Below are positions 10,515 through 21,386 of a DNA stretch of 64,000 bases, one piece after another (position 1 is the first letter of the stretch; each line of letters starts with the position of its first letter). Both the position numbers and the translations under genes were made by a program. The notes beneath the pieces were generated by a model. That model did no database searches, had not been told where the DNA came from, and saw nothing but the letters and a program-made list of their open reading frames with translations. This DNA comes from Candidatus Hydrothermarchaeum profundi (GTDB lineage Archaea; Hydrothermarchaeota; Hydrothermarchaeia; Hydrothermarchaeales; Hydrothermarchaeaceae), in NCBI GenBank assembly GCA_002011125.2, contig MTMF02000009.1, positions 1,448,989-1,512,988 on the forward strand, given 5' to 3'.

Positions 10515-12257
10515 TTAGGTATAATCTAATTTCCACAATCTATATCCGCTTTTGTTGTATACTAATTTAAATCGTTTATCTTCTTCAATTACTTTTATAA
10601 GCGGATCGAAGCAGTACCACTTTATCTCTTCGCAAGTTGTTGGTCCATCATATATGTAATCCACGTTTATTTTTTTGAATATTTGATAATAATATTCTGA
10701 ATCATTTTTATTATACTCGAATTTTGTGTTGTTGCTTAATACTCTGAATATAGGGGACTCAGGGTATACTCTCACCGCATCACCATACCAGTTAAGGGCT
10801 GGAGCAAACTCGCCAAATATCCTTATTGGCTGTTTGTCTTCTCTATGTTCGTCTAGAAATTTAATTACATCTTGGTGAGCGTTTATCTCGTATTTGTCCC
10901 ATGTAGAGTATAGAGGATATATTTTTCCAAAAGAGTAGGTTGCTCCAAATAAAAGTAAGATTATCGCTATTTTATTTTTATTTTTTTTAAGCGGTTGTAG
11001 TAATATAGAATCATAAAGTATTGAAAGTTCTATACCCGCGTAGAGTGCAAAAATTCCAATAAAATGATGATAATATCTCGTTATTTCATCAAGGCTACTA
11101 AGCCCCATGTAATATGTGTAAGATACAAATAAAAGTAAGATTACTAATTGTTCAAACTTCTTTATGTTCCTTAAAATATATACAAAAGAGAATAAGAGAA
11201 GGGGGTAAGATACGAATATACTCTTTATAGCTATAGGGAGGGTGACATTGACGAATCCACTACTCGCAAAGAGTCCCGAAATTTTCCCTACTGAAGGGTT
11301 AAAGCCCCCTATATATGATATGGGGGTCAATCTATAATAGTAGTAATTTCTCAATACCCAGATGAGTATTAAAATATGTGCGCTGGCATAGTACTTAATT
11401 ACATTGAGTTTCTCTCCGGACTTATATAATAATGCGAATAAAAGCATAAATGAGATATAGTATCCTACAATATCGCTGCTCATGGCGAGAGTGAGGGAGA
11501 TTGCAAGTAGGAACAGGTTTTCTCTTCTTTTAGTTTTCAAGTAATATGAAAAAAAATAGAACGAGCAAGTAGTAAAAAATAAAAGGGGGATCTCTTCTGT
11601 GGACCGAGTATTATCCACTAAAAATCGTGGCCACCAACCAAATAAGGCTAATATGATAAAATAAGGCACTGATTTTCCAAAATCTCTCCCCCATTTTACT
11701 AGCGTGAAGATTGTAAAAAAAGTGTAGAATAATGGTATAGCTTTGGTTATGTCTATGGAAAAACTATTTTGCACTGAAAATAATAAAGCGATATGAGAAT
11801 AAAGTAGAGGTGGTTTATAAAGCCGGTAGTACTCATTTTCTAAATGAAACGCTGGTATCCCTCCTTCCCTAACAACAAGGCGCGCCCAAGGAAAATCAGC
11901 GAAAAGTGATATTACTGATGGATAAGTGTAGTGCTGTATTATACCTAAAAATAAGACGAAAAGCAGAGATAAAATAAGAGTTTGTGAAGGTAACTCTTCG
12001 TCATTTTTAATGTATATCCTTCTCAAAAGTATTCCTATAATAGCAGAAGTTACTATGGCTATTGTTAAAATTAAATAGCCTCTAAAGAGCCCCACTATGC
12101 CAAGTAAAATAAGATAAAATGTTAATATATACTCTCCTATTAAAACAGAAGTTAGGATTTTGGTGAATCTCAACTTTCCATTAAATGCTATAGAATGTAT
12201 GATCGCTGGATTCAATGAAAGAATAATTAACCCCAATATTATCGAAAGGAAGGACAT
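10515..12257 (-). CDS. GT-C-like (ArnT/PMT/GT39-like) polytopic membrane glycosyltransferase
   Basis: About 13 TM segments, YKPPLL loop, RYY near the last TMs, soluble C-terminal domain with NVDYIY. Confidence 0.6.
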   Translation of the reverse strand: MSFLSIILGLIILSLNPAIIHSIAFNGKLRFTKILTSVLIGEYILTFYLILLGIVGLFRGYLILTIAIVTSAIIGILLRRIYIKNDEELPSQTLILSLLFVLFLGIIQHYTYPSVISLFADFPWARLVVREGGIPAFHLENEYYRLYKPPLLYSHIALLFSVQNSFSIDITKAIPLFYTFFTIFTLVKWGRDFGKSVPYFIILALFGWWPRFLVDNTRSTEEIPLLFFTTCSFYFFSYYLKTKRRENLFLLAISLTLAMSSDIVGYYISFMLLFALLYKSGEKLNVIKYYASAHILILIWVLRNYYYYRLTPISYIGGFNPSVGKISGLFASSGFVNVTLPIAIKSIFVSYPLLLFSFVYILRNIKKFEQLVILLLFVSYTYYMGLSSLDEITRYYHHFIGIFALYAGIELSILYDSILLQPLKKNKNKIAIILLLFGATYSFGKIYPLYSTWDKYEINAHQDVIKFLDEHREDKQPIRIFGEFAPALNWYGDAVRVYPESPIFRVLSNNTKFEYNKNDSEYYYQIFKKINVDYIYDGPTTCEEIKWYCFDPLIKVIEEDKRFKLVYNKSGYRLWKLDYT

Positions 12258-12416
12258 ATAGATGGAAAGATTTATATTGAATCTATATAAGCCTAAGCCC
12301 TTACGTTATAATACTATAAAGCTTTCTAAATAACTGCCAGCTTAATTTATTATGTGGTGTATTCGCAAAAACTACAAATAAATATTACTGGGGTATATAG
12401 AACTTAGAGCGATTTT

Positions 12417-13319
12417 ATGAAACATCCAGCTGTAAGCGTAGTAATCCCTACATATAACCGGGAAGATTTGTTAAAAAAATGTCTAGGGGCTGTAATTGCT
12501 CAAAGTTACCCGAAGAGTGACTATGAGATAGTCGTTGTTGACGATGGTTCGACTGATAGGACAGAAGAAGTTGTAATGAGTATTGCGAAGACTACTAGCA
12601 ACCTAAAGTATATTAGACAGGCACATAAAGGACCCGCTGCAGCAAGAAATCTAGGAATAAAAGAGGGGAGAGGGGAAATCGTCGCGTTTATAGATGATGA
12701 CTGTATTGCGGATAAGAAGTGGTTAGAGAGTTTGGTGCAATGTTTTAGTAAAGACGACAAACTAGCAGGAGTCGAAGGAAAAGTAATTGCAGAAGGCAAG
12801 ACGCCTTTTACTCATCAAGTTGAGAATTTGAAAGGAAACTTTTATTTAACGGCGAATATAGCTTATAAGAAAAAAGTTCTTTTAGAAACGGGACTCTTTG
12901 ATGAAGGCTTTCCATATCCTGCAAGTGAAGATTGGGATTTGGCATTTAAGATACTTAAAAGGGGGGAAAAAATCAAGTTCTGTGAAAGAGCGGTTGTTGT
13001 TCACCCCTCTAGAGAACTATCACTAAAGCAATGGTTAAAGTCAACTTGGATACAGTGGGCAACGGTGGATAGGCTTTATCAAAGGCACAAAGAACTATGG
13101 AAAAAAACTACAGGGCACACTCTAATGCGCTCCTTTTTTGATGGTGTTTTCCTTTATTTTTTTGTATTTTCAAAAAGGTGGAGAAATTATCTTATCTCCA
13201 ATCCACGGAAGCTACCTAAATTTATTGTTTTCTATATTCTGCAAAGTCTAATCATTGCATTTTTTGCTGTAAGGTACCTGATAAACTTATCAAAAAATCT
13301 CATAACGGGGAGAGGATAA
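12417..13319 (+). CDS. Glycosyltransferase family 2
   Basis: VSVVIPTYNR, VVDDGSTD, GPAAARNLG, FIDDD, SEDWDL. Confidence 0.92.
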   Translation: MKHPAVSVVIPTYNREDLLKKCLGAVIAQSYPKSDYEIVVVDDGSTDRTEEVVMSIAKTTSNLKYIRQAHKGPAAARNLGIKEGRGEIVAFIDDDCIADKKWLESLVQCFSKDDKLAGVEGKVIAEGKTPFTHQVENLKGNFYLTANIAYKKKVLLETGLFDEGFPYPASEDWDLAFKILKRGEKIKFCERAVVVHPSRELSLKQWLKSTWIQWATVDRLYQRHKELWKKTTGHTLMRSFFDGVFLYFFVFSKRWRNYLISNPRKLPKFIVFYILQSLIIAFFAVRYLINLSKNLITGRG

Positions 13320-13482
13320 GATGTTTTTAAGTGAATAATTTTTCCATACTCTGTGGGGTATTAAAACCGGATTCATCCAATAATATTCTAATTTCTCTTT
13401 TCTCTTTCAACTGGGATGTAAAAGAACATAGGCCTCATACTAGATAATATCTCTGCAATAATAACGTGTAGATAAGATGCGT

Positions 13483-14592
13483 TTATGTCTCACTCACTAC
13501 TTCGTACATATTTATTATATTTTTTAATACATTTTCTTTTGAGAATCTTTCCTCTGCCCTTTCTCTAGCTTTCTTTCCCATTCTATGCCGGAAATTGTCA
13601 TTTAAATATTTTCTGAGTGCGCTGGTTAGATTGCCTTGCTTGCTCATATCAATAAGAGTTCCTCCTTCATCAACAATCCACGTGGTTATGGGAGTCTTCT
13701 GGACAATAACAGGGATACCGCTGGCCATTGCTTCAAGAATGGCAATACCGAATTGCTCTGTTAAGCTTCCTAATACAAATACATCAGACGATCCATAGAC
13801 CCTCGGTATCTCTTTCATTGGAACATTTTTCATAAAGAATATGCGATCGCCGAGCATTTTTTTTCCCATTTTTATTACTTTTTCAGTTTCTTGTTCTACA
13901 TGTCCTGCTATAATTAGATACGCGTCCTCTAGTTCTGCTACTTCCTCTATTACGTAATCCATTCTTTTAATTCTCGTTTGGATAGCACCTACAGAGAGAA
14001 CGACAAAAGCATCTTCAGGGATCCCTAGACTTTCTCTAATACTCCAAGCATTTGTGGGAGTGAATTTTTTTGTGTCAACGAAATGGGGAATCATAAACCA
14101 TTTATTAGTATTAAAGCCTGCTTTCTTTGCCTTTTCGAGGTAGTGTGGTGCGAAAAGGTGTAAATGTTCGAAGGCCAGAGGCCATCTTGGAGGGTTTTTA
14201 ATATCTTTAATCTCTAGACTAGTAGCAAAAATTACTTTTGTCTTCAGTAAGCCTAACTTCTTTACTCTCATTAACAGGCTAGCTACGCCTGCGTCAGCGA
14301 GGTGTACAATATCATAATTTTTAAGCCTTAAGGATAAAGGAATAGAAAACGTTATTTGCTCTAGTAAGTAACGGTAGAACCCGGGAATTATGCTTTTGTT
14401 CCATCCAACAAGCCGAGAATCTCTTTTAATACAGGGCAGTATCTCCTCTATCTCCGATTCTCTATCTCCTCCACCTTTAAATAGTGTGACATCAACACCT
14501 TTTTTATTAAGAGCATAAGCAAGCTCTCTTGCCCACGATTCAATTCCTCTGTAGATATGTCCAAGGCCACTAGAAGCAATAGCTACTTTCAT
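13483..14592 (-). CDS. Glycosyltransferase family 4
   Basis: EQFGIAILEAMASGIPVI. Confidence 0.9.
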   Translation of the reverse strand: MKVAIASSGLGHIYRGIESWARELAYALNKKGVDVTLFKGGGDRESEIEEILPCIKRDSRLVGWNKSIIPGFYRYLLEQITFSIPLSLRLKNYDIVHLADAGVASLLMRVKKLGLLKTKVIFATSLEIKDIKNPPRWPLAFEHLHLFAPHYLEKAKKAGFNTNKWFMIPHFVDTKKFTPTNAWSIRESLGIPEDAFVVLSVGAIQTRIKRMDYVIEEVAELEDAYLIIAGHVEQETEKVIKMGKKMLGDRIFFMKNVPMKEIPRVYGSSDVFVLGSLTEQFGIAILEAMASGIPVIVQKTPITTWIVDEGGTLIDMSKQGNLTSALRKYLNDNFRHRMGKKARERAEERFSKENVLKNIINMYEVVSET

Positions 14593-14658
14593 AAATGATT
14601 ACTCGCTTTAAACTATTAAATAAATATCCAAATTGTTTTAATTGAAAAGTAATCCGAT

Positions 14659-15459
14659 GTGATTAAGTTGAAATTTCCTAAAAAAGAGGACTTAAGTAAT
14701 AAAGACCATCTTTATCTTTACGATTATGATATAAAGGGATATCATAACCCTAATAATCATTCTTTCTGGAAAATTCATTATTTAGAGCATATCGATAATA
14801 TAATAAATACAATCTGTAAGCTAGGTACTAGAAGGATTCTAGAAATAGGATGTGCGCAGGCTAATGTAAGTACATTGCTAGCTGAAAGAGGCTTTGAAAC
14901 AGTAGCCTTGGATATCAATCCTAACTTTTTAACATATGCTATGATGAAATATGAATCTGGACGCATCTCCTATGTTGTAGGCAGTGCTGAAAGTCTTCCC
15001 TTGCAAAATGAAACATTTGACGTTGTAGTAGCAAGTGAAATCTTAGAGCATATTGCATTCCCTGAAAAACTCATTAGGGAAACAAAGCGATGTTTAAGGC
15101 CTGGAGGATACATTATTATTACTACCCCTAACGGAGAGTGTTTATTTAGAGAGAAAGTAGAGTGTTTCTCTAAAGCAAAGGCACAAAGAGATAAATTAAA
15201 GGAACTTCAATTTGGTCCAAGCGGTAAAAATCATCTTTTCCTATTCACCCAAAAGGAAATAATTGAGTTATTGGGGGAGTTAAAATTAGATATAATATCA
15301 ATCAAGTGGATTAAATCGATATTACTAAATAGGTTCTCTCAGCCTTTTATTAGACTTTTTCCTATATCCCTAATAAACAAAATAGAATCAATTTTATCTA
15401 ACTTTCCTTTCTTAAATAGAAAAATAGGCACTACTTTACTGGTAATTGCCCGTAAATGA
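14659..15459 (+). CDS. Class I SAM-dependent methyltransferase
   Basis: ILEIGCAQA, FDVVVASEILEH, LRPGGYIIITTPN. Confidence 0.88.
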   Translation: MIKLKFPKKEDLSNKDHLYLYDYDIKGYHNPNNHSFWKIHYLEHIDNIINTICKLGTRRILEIGCAQANVSTLLAERGFETVALDINPNFLTYAMMKYESGRISYVVGSAESLPLQNETFDVVVASEILEHIAFPEKLIRETKRCLRPGGYIIITTPNGECLFREKVECFSKAKAQRDKLKELQFGPSGKNHLFLFTQKEIIELLGELKLDIISIKWIKSILLNRFSQPFIRLFPISLINKIESILSNFPFLNRKIGTTLLVIARK

Positions 15460-16540
15460 TATTCTCAACCCTCTGTGATAATTTCTCCCAGTCAAATTCT
15501 GATAGAGAAGGATAATTAAAAGTCTTGTTCATCGCCTTAATAACATTTTTAGCAAAATCTCTCGCATTAGGCTCTGAAAAAACTATATTCTTAAAGCCTA
15601 AAAGCTTAAGTTCTTCTAATTCTATAGAGACTACTGGTTTCTTTGCAGCCGTATATTCTAGGACTTTAATAGGGCAAGCTGAATCGAAATATACATTTTT
15701 TTCTACGGGATAAGTTCCTACATCGCTTGCTGCAAAATAGTCAGGTATCTCATTATAATCGACCCACCCTGTAAAGATTACGTCGTCCCTATATTTTTCA
15801 ACATGCTTCTTCATTTCAGGGATCAAATAACTATCGCCTACGACCATAAATTTCACTTGAGAGACAGCCTCTCTAATAAACTGAACTGAGTCTAAAAAAT
15901 AAAAAGATTCGCTACAGGTTATACCAATAAGACTAATGATCTTTTCCTTATCTAATCTATATTTTCTTCTTATTCTCTCAGGATTTGTCTTTTTAAACTT
16001 GTGAAGGTCAATTCCATTCGGCACATAAAAGCAGTTCTTGTTATATTTCTGGGCATCATTATGAAGGACATTTGATGCGCATATTACCGCTTCTGATTCT
16101 TTTAGATAAACTTCTTTTGTTTTTTGATTTCCAATATAATCAGCATAGTCAAAGATAACTGGGATCCCTAAATCAAATGGTGGAAAGCCATTAAGATAAT
16201 AATTTGAACCACAAAATATTATATCGATCCTATATTTTTTTACAATTTCTTTAACTCTATGTTGAAAAAATTTCTCATTAACCTTTCGTAGCAGGTTATA
16301 CCTACTCAAACACAACCGTCTGAAGTGATGAAGATGTATCTGATTTTCTCTCTTCGTCCAATTCTGTAAGGCTTTCCAGTGTATTGAGGGATTTAAAAAA
16401 TATCTGAATTTTGGCCCCTTTGGTTCAGTCCAAACTAAGATGTGAATTTCATGCTTTTTCTTCAATCTATCAATAAAATAATGTGATCTCTGTCTGATTT
16501 TGTTCAGCCAACTTGCATGAGGGATCCAAAGTATTTTCAT
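15431..16540 (-). CDS. GT-B (GT4-like) glycosyltransferase
   Basis: RQRSHY, VPNGID, CPIKVLEYTAAKKPVVS. Confidence 0.85.
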   Translation of the reverse strand: MKILWIPHASWLNKIRQRSHYFIDRLKKKHEIHILVWTEPKGPKFRYFLNPSIHWKALQNWTKRENQIHLHHFRRLCLSRYNLLRKVNEKFFQHRVKEIVKKYRIDIIFCGSNYYLNGFPPFDLGIPVIFDYADYIGNQKTKEVYLKESEAVICASNVLHNDAQKYNKNCFYVPNGIDLHKFKKTNPERIRRKYRLDKEKIISLIGITCSESFYFLDSVQFIREAVSQVKFMVVGDSYLIPEMKKHVEKYRDDVIFTGWVDYNEIPDYFAASDVGTYPVEKNVYFDSACPIKVLEYTAAKKPVVSIELEELKLLGFKNIVFSEPNARDFAKNVIKAMNKTFNYPSLSEFDWEKLSQRVENIIYGQLPVK

Positions 16541-18366
16541 CGTCTAAAAATCACCACTTCTCCATTATCGTAGATCTTGCTGGTTTCTTTAAAATTATTT
16601 AAGATTGCTTTATCTATCTTTACTTTCCAAATAAATCCTCTGTCCAATTTATCTAAATTTATAATGAAAAATCCCTTTTCATCAGCGACACCCGGGCTAA
16701 ACATTCTAATATCTTTTTTATTAGTTTGTATTATACCCCTATCTCCGCTGAATAGATATCGACTACTTACTTCATCAACGTAAATCGAACCTACAATTTT
16801 ATTTACAAAAGGATATTCAGCCAATACCGGCTGAGTAGCATGTCGCTGGTCAAAGGGTAATTCTCTATTAAAAATACCGTTATCATCCCCCGTCAGATAA
16901 CTTGTAAGGGAAAAGAAACAAAAAATAAATAGAAAGGATGCGGCCACTAATATTTTTAAATAGTTTTTCTTTATAAGCGCGAAAATAGCTGTTAGTCCTA
17001 CTGCCGCAGGAATTATCGTTAGGATATCCCCATGCACCAAAAATCTTGATGGTTGTGTCTCAAAAAAATTAGTCAGAACAGAGTATACAGGTATTATGTA
17101 AATGAATACTATACCTAGAAGTATAGTCAATTTTTCCAAATCATATTTCAAAAGCCACTTTAGCGATCCTATAACTCCTAAAAGCAAAATTAGAGAGATT
17201 CCGATATAAGATATATATGCTTCAAAATGATAAATCCAAGACATTTTCGCAACAGTTTCTGGAGGGAGTACAGTAATCAACGGTACTACTTCTTCATCTG
17301 GGATGAAAATAATCTTTACAATTTCTACGAAAAGGGAATAATGCACGAACTCTAAATATGCTACAAAACCTATGAAATAAGATACAAAGGGCGTGATCTT
17401 AAATGTATAATGTTTTTCTTTAAAATAAGCTGCAGTGTTTTTTAGAACAAAGTTTGCTCCTAAAAATGCGAGTAATGCCACTGTTGCTGTTGGATGGACA
17501 AAAAAAACAGCTACTGCGGCTAACCAAAAAATTATCCATGAGCGGTATATACCGTAGCGTGAGGCTTTTATAATAGCTAGAATTCCGAATAAAATAAATG
17601 TAACTTCAGGCCTTGCTAACCCTGTAGATCTGTAAATATGCAGGGTTGAAACCGCTGTTATTAAAGCACCTATGAGAGCAATTTTACTATTAGAAAGTTC
17701 ATTTACAATGTAGTACATTAAAAGTACAGTAAATGTTCCTATTAAGAGATTGGTAGCGAGTAGTATAGGAATATCAAAAGACAAGAATAGAGACGTGATC
17801 GTATTGATAATGTGAAAAAAAGGGTAGTAGTAGTAATGTCCCGATGCCGGATTAAGTTTACCAGATGTTACGAGATCTCCGATCCTATGATAATGCCAGT
17901 AGGCATCCCATCCGGTGAGATAAGGGTTGATTAATGGGGTACTAACTCTCGTTAACGCAGCTAAAATGAGTATTTCAACTAAAATTTTGGTACGTATAAC
18001 CTTAGTAATTCTTTTAGTAAAAAGGATTTGTAGGCCTATAGCTACAAATGCGGCTGAGATAAAAACATAATAAGACAGGGGCTTTACATAGATTGCGTCT
18101 CTAAGTGACAATATGGAAAGCGAGAGAAAGAAGATATACATCGCATCGAATATCCTTATCTGACTGGTTGAAAGTATATCGATAGAACTCAACGTATTTT
18201 TAATCAGCCTTGCATGGTAAATCGAAAATATAAGGATTCCAATGAAACCAAAAATCGCATATTCTATTACAAATACACTTAAAGTAGATGTACCTCCACT
18301 ATATTTGGTAACGATATATGTTACAAAAAGTAAACTACCTAATATTAACCCAACTGTCTTCCGCAT
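16537..18366 (-). CDS. Polytopic membrane protein, GT-C-like / archaeal glycosylation-associated
   Basis: GWDAYWH and YYYYPFFH external-loop motifs, many TMs, C-terminal KIYDNG. Confidence 0.55.
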   Translation of the reverse strand: MRKTVGLILGSLLFVTYIVTKYSGGTSTLSVFVIEYAIFGFIGILIFSIYHARLIKNTLSSIDILSTSQIRIFDAMYIFFLSLSILSLRDAIYVKPLSYYVFISAAFVAIGLQILFTKRITKVIRTKILVEILILAALTRVSTPLINPYLTGWDAYWHYHRIGDLVTSGKLNPASGHYYYYPFFHIINTITSLFLSFDIPILLATNLLIGTFTVLLMYYIVNELSNSKIALIGALITAVSTLHIYRSTGLARPEVTFILFGILAIIKASRYGIYRSWIIFWLAAVAVFFVHPTATVALLAFLGANFVLKNTAAYFKEKHYTFKITPFVSYFIGFVAYLEFVHYSLFVEIVKIIFIPDEEVVPLITVLPPETVAKMSWIYHFEAYISYIGISLILLLGVIGSLKWLLKYDLEKLTILLGIVFIYIIPVYSVLTNFFETQPSRFLVHGDILTIIPAAVGLTAIFALIKKNYLKILVAASFLFIFCFFSLTSYLTGDDNGIFNRELPFDQRHATQPVLAEYPFVNKIVGSIYVDEVSSRYLFSGDRGIIQTNKKDIRMFSPGVADEKGFFIINLDKLDRGFIWKVKIDKAILNNFKETSKIYDNGEVVIFRR

Positions 18367-18456
18367 AAGATACTGCCTTTTAGCCTATAAATTATAAAAT
18401 GTTTATTTTCATGACTCTTGGAGTCTAGATTTATTGAATGTTCTACTATTACAGAA

Positions 18457-19584
18457 TTAGGTGTATTTATAGATCTCGTCATATGTCTTAACTAACTCTA
18501 AAACAATTTTATTAAACGAATATTTTTTTTCTACTACTTTTTTAGCGTTTTTTCCTATTAAGTCACTCTTTTTGCCATCTGATAAGCATATTTCCAAGTA
18601 TTTCACTAAATCTGTAATATTTTCTTTTTCAAATAAAAACCCGTTTTTGCCATGGGTTATAATGTTCTTTGGTCCAATAATATTACTAGCAATTACCGCT
18701 TTACTTGAAGCCATGGCTTCTAATAATATACCTGGGAAATTTTCAAACAACGATGGTAAAACAAAGACACTGCATTCAGATAAGTATTTTCTTACTATTT
18801 CTCGGCCGCTCCAAGGAATAAATCTTATTTTATCTTTTTTTCTTGTTTTTAGAGCTAACCTTCTTAGTATATCCTCCTCCGGGCCAGATCCCAATAAGAT
18901 TAAGTGATAGTCATCAAAATCCCTATGTAAGCAGTCGAAAGCTTTAATGAGATATCTAACACCTTTAACTTTGTTTAGTCTTCCTGCGTAGAGGATATAC
19001 CCTTTGTCTCCATTATTTGAATATAACTTAGGATCGACTCCTCGTGGAACTACTTTTGTATTTTTTATTCCTCTAGAGTTAAGATACCGCTCTATACTCT
19101 TGTTCAGTGCAATTACAACGTCTGATTTTTTCATAATATTTTCTTCTAATTTCTTTTTAATGCCAAAGAAAAAGTAGTTCAATTTATTGTATTTTAGTGC
19201 GAAGTCCTTATAATAAGCAAATGCATCGTAATTAGCGGTAAAAAAAGCCTGCGTGATACTTAGCTTTGAAGGGAAGTATGCGGAGAATCTTTCTGATAAA
19301 TTTATAATGTCAGGTTTGATTTTTTTAATCTCTTTTGCAGCATTTTTTGAATATATAAGTACCGACAGAACATCGTCTTTAAAGGGTGCTTTTACATCAA
19401 TGAAGTTAATTCCTTCGAGATTTTCAGTTTTTCCGTCTATAAAACGTTTTATTATATGGATTTCATGTCCTAACTTGACAAATTCTTTGGCCATGCCAAA
19501 AATCTGAGATTGGGTACCTCCTCCATCTGGATATCTATCATATATAGGATGACCAGGAGAAACGAAAAGAATTTTCATAATCAA
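18457..19584 (-). CDS. Glycosyltransferase family 4
   Basis: GRLNKVKG, ENFPGILLEAMAS. Confidence 0.9.
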   Translation of the reverse strand: MIMKILFVSPGHPIYDRYPDGGGTQSQIFGMAKEFVKLGHEIHIIKRFIDGKTENLEGINFIDVKAPFKDDVLSVLIYSKNAAKEIKKIKPDIINLSERFSAYFPSKLSITQAFFTANYDAFAYYKDFALKYNKLNYFFFGIKKKLEENIMKKSDVVIALNKSIERYLNSRGIKNTKVVPRGVDPKLYSNNGDKGYILYAGRLNKVKGVRYLIKAFDCLHRDFDDYHLILLGSGPEEDILRRLALKTRKKDKIRFIPWSGREIVRKYLSECSVFVLPSLFENFPGILLEAMASSKAVIASNIIGPKNIITHGKNGFLFEKENITDLVKYLEICLSDGKKSDLIGKNAKKVVEKKYSFNKIVLELVKTYDEIYKYT

Positions 19585-19634
19585 AAGTATATATTGATTC
19601 AGGGATATATAGGTATATTCTTGGGGTTTTAATC

Positions 19635-21386
19635 TTGTGTGGCATATGCGGTGTGGCAGGTTTTGAAGATAAGGAATTAGTTAAAAGAATGTGCAATACC
19701 ATTAAACATCGCGGTCCAGACGATCAAGGAATATTCTCAAATGATAATGTTACTCTGGGTAATCGACGTTTAAGCGTTATAGACCTTGAGGGTGGGCATC
19801 AACCTATTCATAATGAGGAGGAGTCAGTGTGGGTTACTTATAATGGTGAAATCTACAATTATCAAACTTTGAGAACCGAATTAGAAAAGCTTGGGCATTC
19901 TTTTTACACTAGGAGTGATACGGAAGTCATTGTGCATCTTTATGAGGAATTTGGAGAAAACTTCACCACAAAGCTTAGGGGGATGTTTGCTTTTGCATTA
20001 TGGGATATAGATACTGAAAAGCTAATTTTAGCGAGAGATGGAAGAGGAATTAAACCATTATATTATACAAATTTCAATGAAGGGATTATTTTCGCTTCTG
20101 AGATAAAATCAATCCTTGAATGTGGCATAAAGAGAAGCTTAAATCTGAAAGCTGTCGATCAATTTCTCTCGTATCGTTTTGTTTTTGGTTCTGATACGAT
20201 GTTTGAAGGCGTTAAAAGCCTTCTCCCAGGGAGTCTTCTCCTATATGAAGGCGGTAAAGCAGTAACTAAGAATTTTTTGCACCTAAGAGTAAGAGGAAAG
20301 CTCTCTGAAAATGAAAAGATAGTAGCTGAAAAACTAAAAAAGCTCCTAGACGAAGCTGTACAACTAAGATTGATAAGTGATGTCCCGTTAGGTGTCTTTT
20401 TATCTGGAGGAATAGACTCTACTTCTATAGTAGGAAGTATGAGTGTTCTGGTAGATGATCCTGTAAAAACTTTTACTGTGGGTTTTGATGATGGAGATGA
20501 GGATTTTAAAAAAGCGAGATTAGTAGCAGAGTACTTCGGCACTGACCATCATGAATTAATTGTAGATTTTGATGATATGACAAAAAAGTTTCCTAAGATG
20601 ATATGGCATCTCGATGAGCCAGTCGCGGATCCTGCAATAGTACCTTTTTATTTTGTTTCTAAATTAGCGAGAAATAATGTAAAGGTTTCACTTGTGGGCG
20701 AAGGGGCTGACGAACTCTTTGGGGGATATCTACATCACAAACTGGCGTTTTCGTATGCTAATTTTTTACCCGAGATTTTAAAGAGAAAAATACTTATGCG
20801 TTTAAATGCTCCCTCTCCGATTAATGATAGAAGATTCCTCTTAGGAAATACAGAAAATCATATAGAATTTAAAAAATTCTTCGATAAGGCGCATAACTCT
20901 TATGATTTTTTAGACAAGATTTTGCTTTGGGAGATTCGGAATGTACTGCCTAAGTTTCAACTAATGCGGGTTGATAAAATTACCATGGCTCATTCTTTAG
21001 AGGCGAGGGTACCCTACCTTGATCCTAAGCTTATAGAATATGCAGTATCTATCCCTAATAATCTCAAACTCAAAGCTCTCGATGGAAAGTATATACTTAA
21101 GAAAGCGGTAAAAAAAAGCATTCCTAAGCCAATTATAAAAAGTAAAAAGAGAATTTTTACTGTGCCTCTTAGAACATGGTTTAGAGAGGGATTAGGAGAA
21201 ATGCTATCATACTTATATGATTCAACTATGTCGGAAGATAGGTACTTGAATCGAGAGCATATCCATAAAATCATTAATCGCAAATCAGCTAGAAATTCTC
21301 ATTTTTACCATTTATGGTCTCTTCTAATGCTTGAACTTTGGTATAGGATCTTTATAAAGGAAGAAAAATCATGGAAATTTCCTTAG
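19635..21386 (+). CDS. asnB: Asparagine synthase (glutamine-hydrolysing) family amidotransferase
   Basis: N-terminal MCGI, HRGPD, YNGEIYN, LSGGIDS, GEGADELFGGY, SLEARVP. Confidence 0.95.
   Translation: MCGICGVAGFEDKELVKRMCNTIKHRGPDDQGIFSNDNVTLGNRRLSVIDLEGGHQPIHNEEESVWVTYNGEIYNYQTLRTELEKLGHSFYTRSDTEVIVHLYEEFGENFTTKLRGMFAFALWDIDTEKLILARDGRGIKPLYYTNFNEGIIFASEIKSILECGIKRSLNLKAVDQFLSYRFVFGSDTMFEGVKSLLPGSLLLYEGGKAVTKNFLHLRVRGKLSENEKIVAEKLKKLLDEAVQLRLISDVPLGVFLSGGIDSTSIVGSMSVLVDDPVKTFTVGFDDGDEDFKKARLVAEYFGTDHHELIVDFDDMTKKFPKMIWHLDEPVADPAIVPFYFVSKLARNNVKVSLVGEGADELFGGYLHHKLAFSYANFLPEILKRKILMRLNAPSPINDRRFLLGNTENHIEFKKFFDKAHNSYDFLDKILLWEIRNVLPKFQLMRVDKITMAHSLEARVPYLDPKLIEYAVSIPNNLKLKALDGKYILKKAVKKSIPKPIIKSKKRIFTVPLRTWFREGLGEMLSYLYDSTMSEDRYLNREHIHKIINRKSARNSHFYHLWSLLMLELWYRIFIKEEKSWKFP

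Noticed and set aside
13320-13482. Possible methyltransferase remnant on the minus strand (REIRILLDESGFN)
   Set aside because: Too short and fragmented to call a pseudogene without alignment
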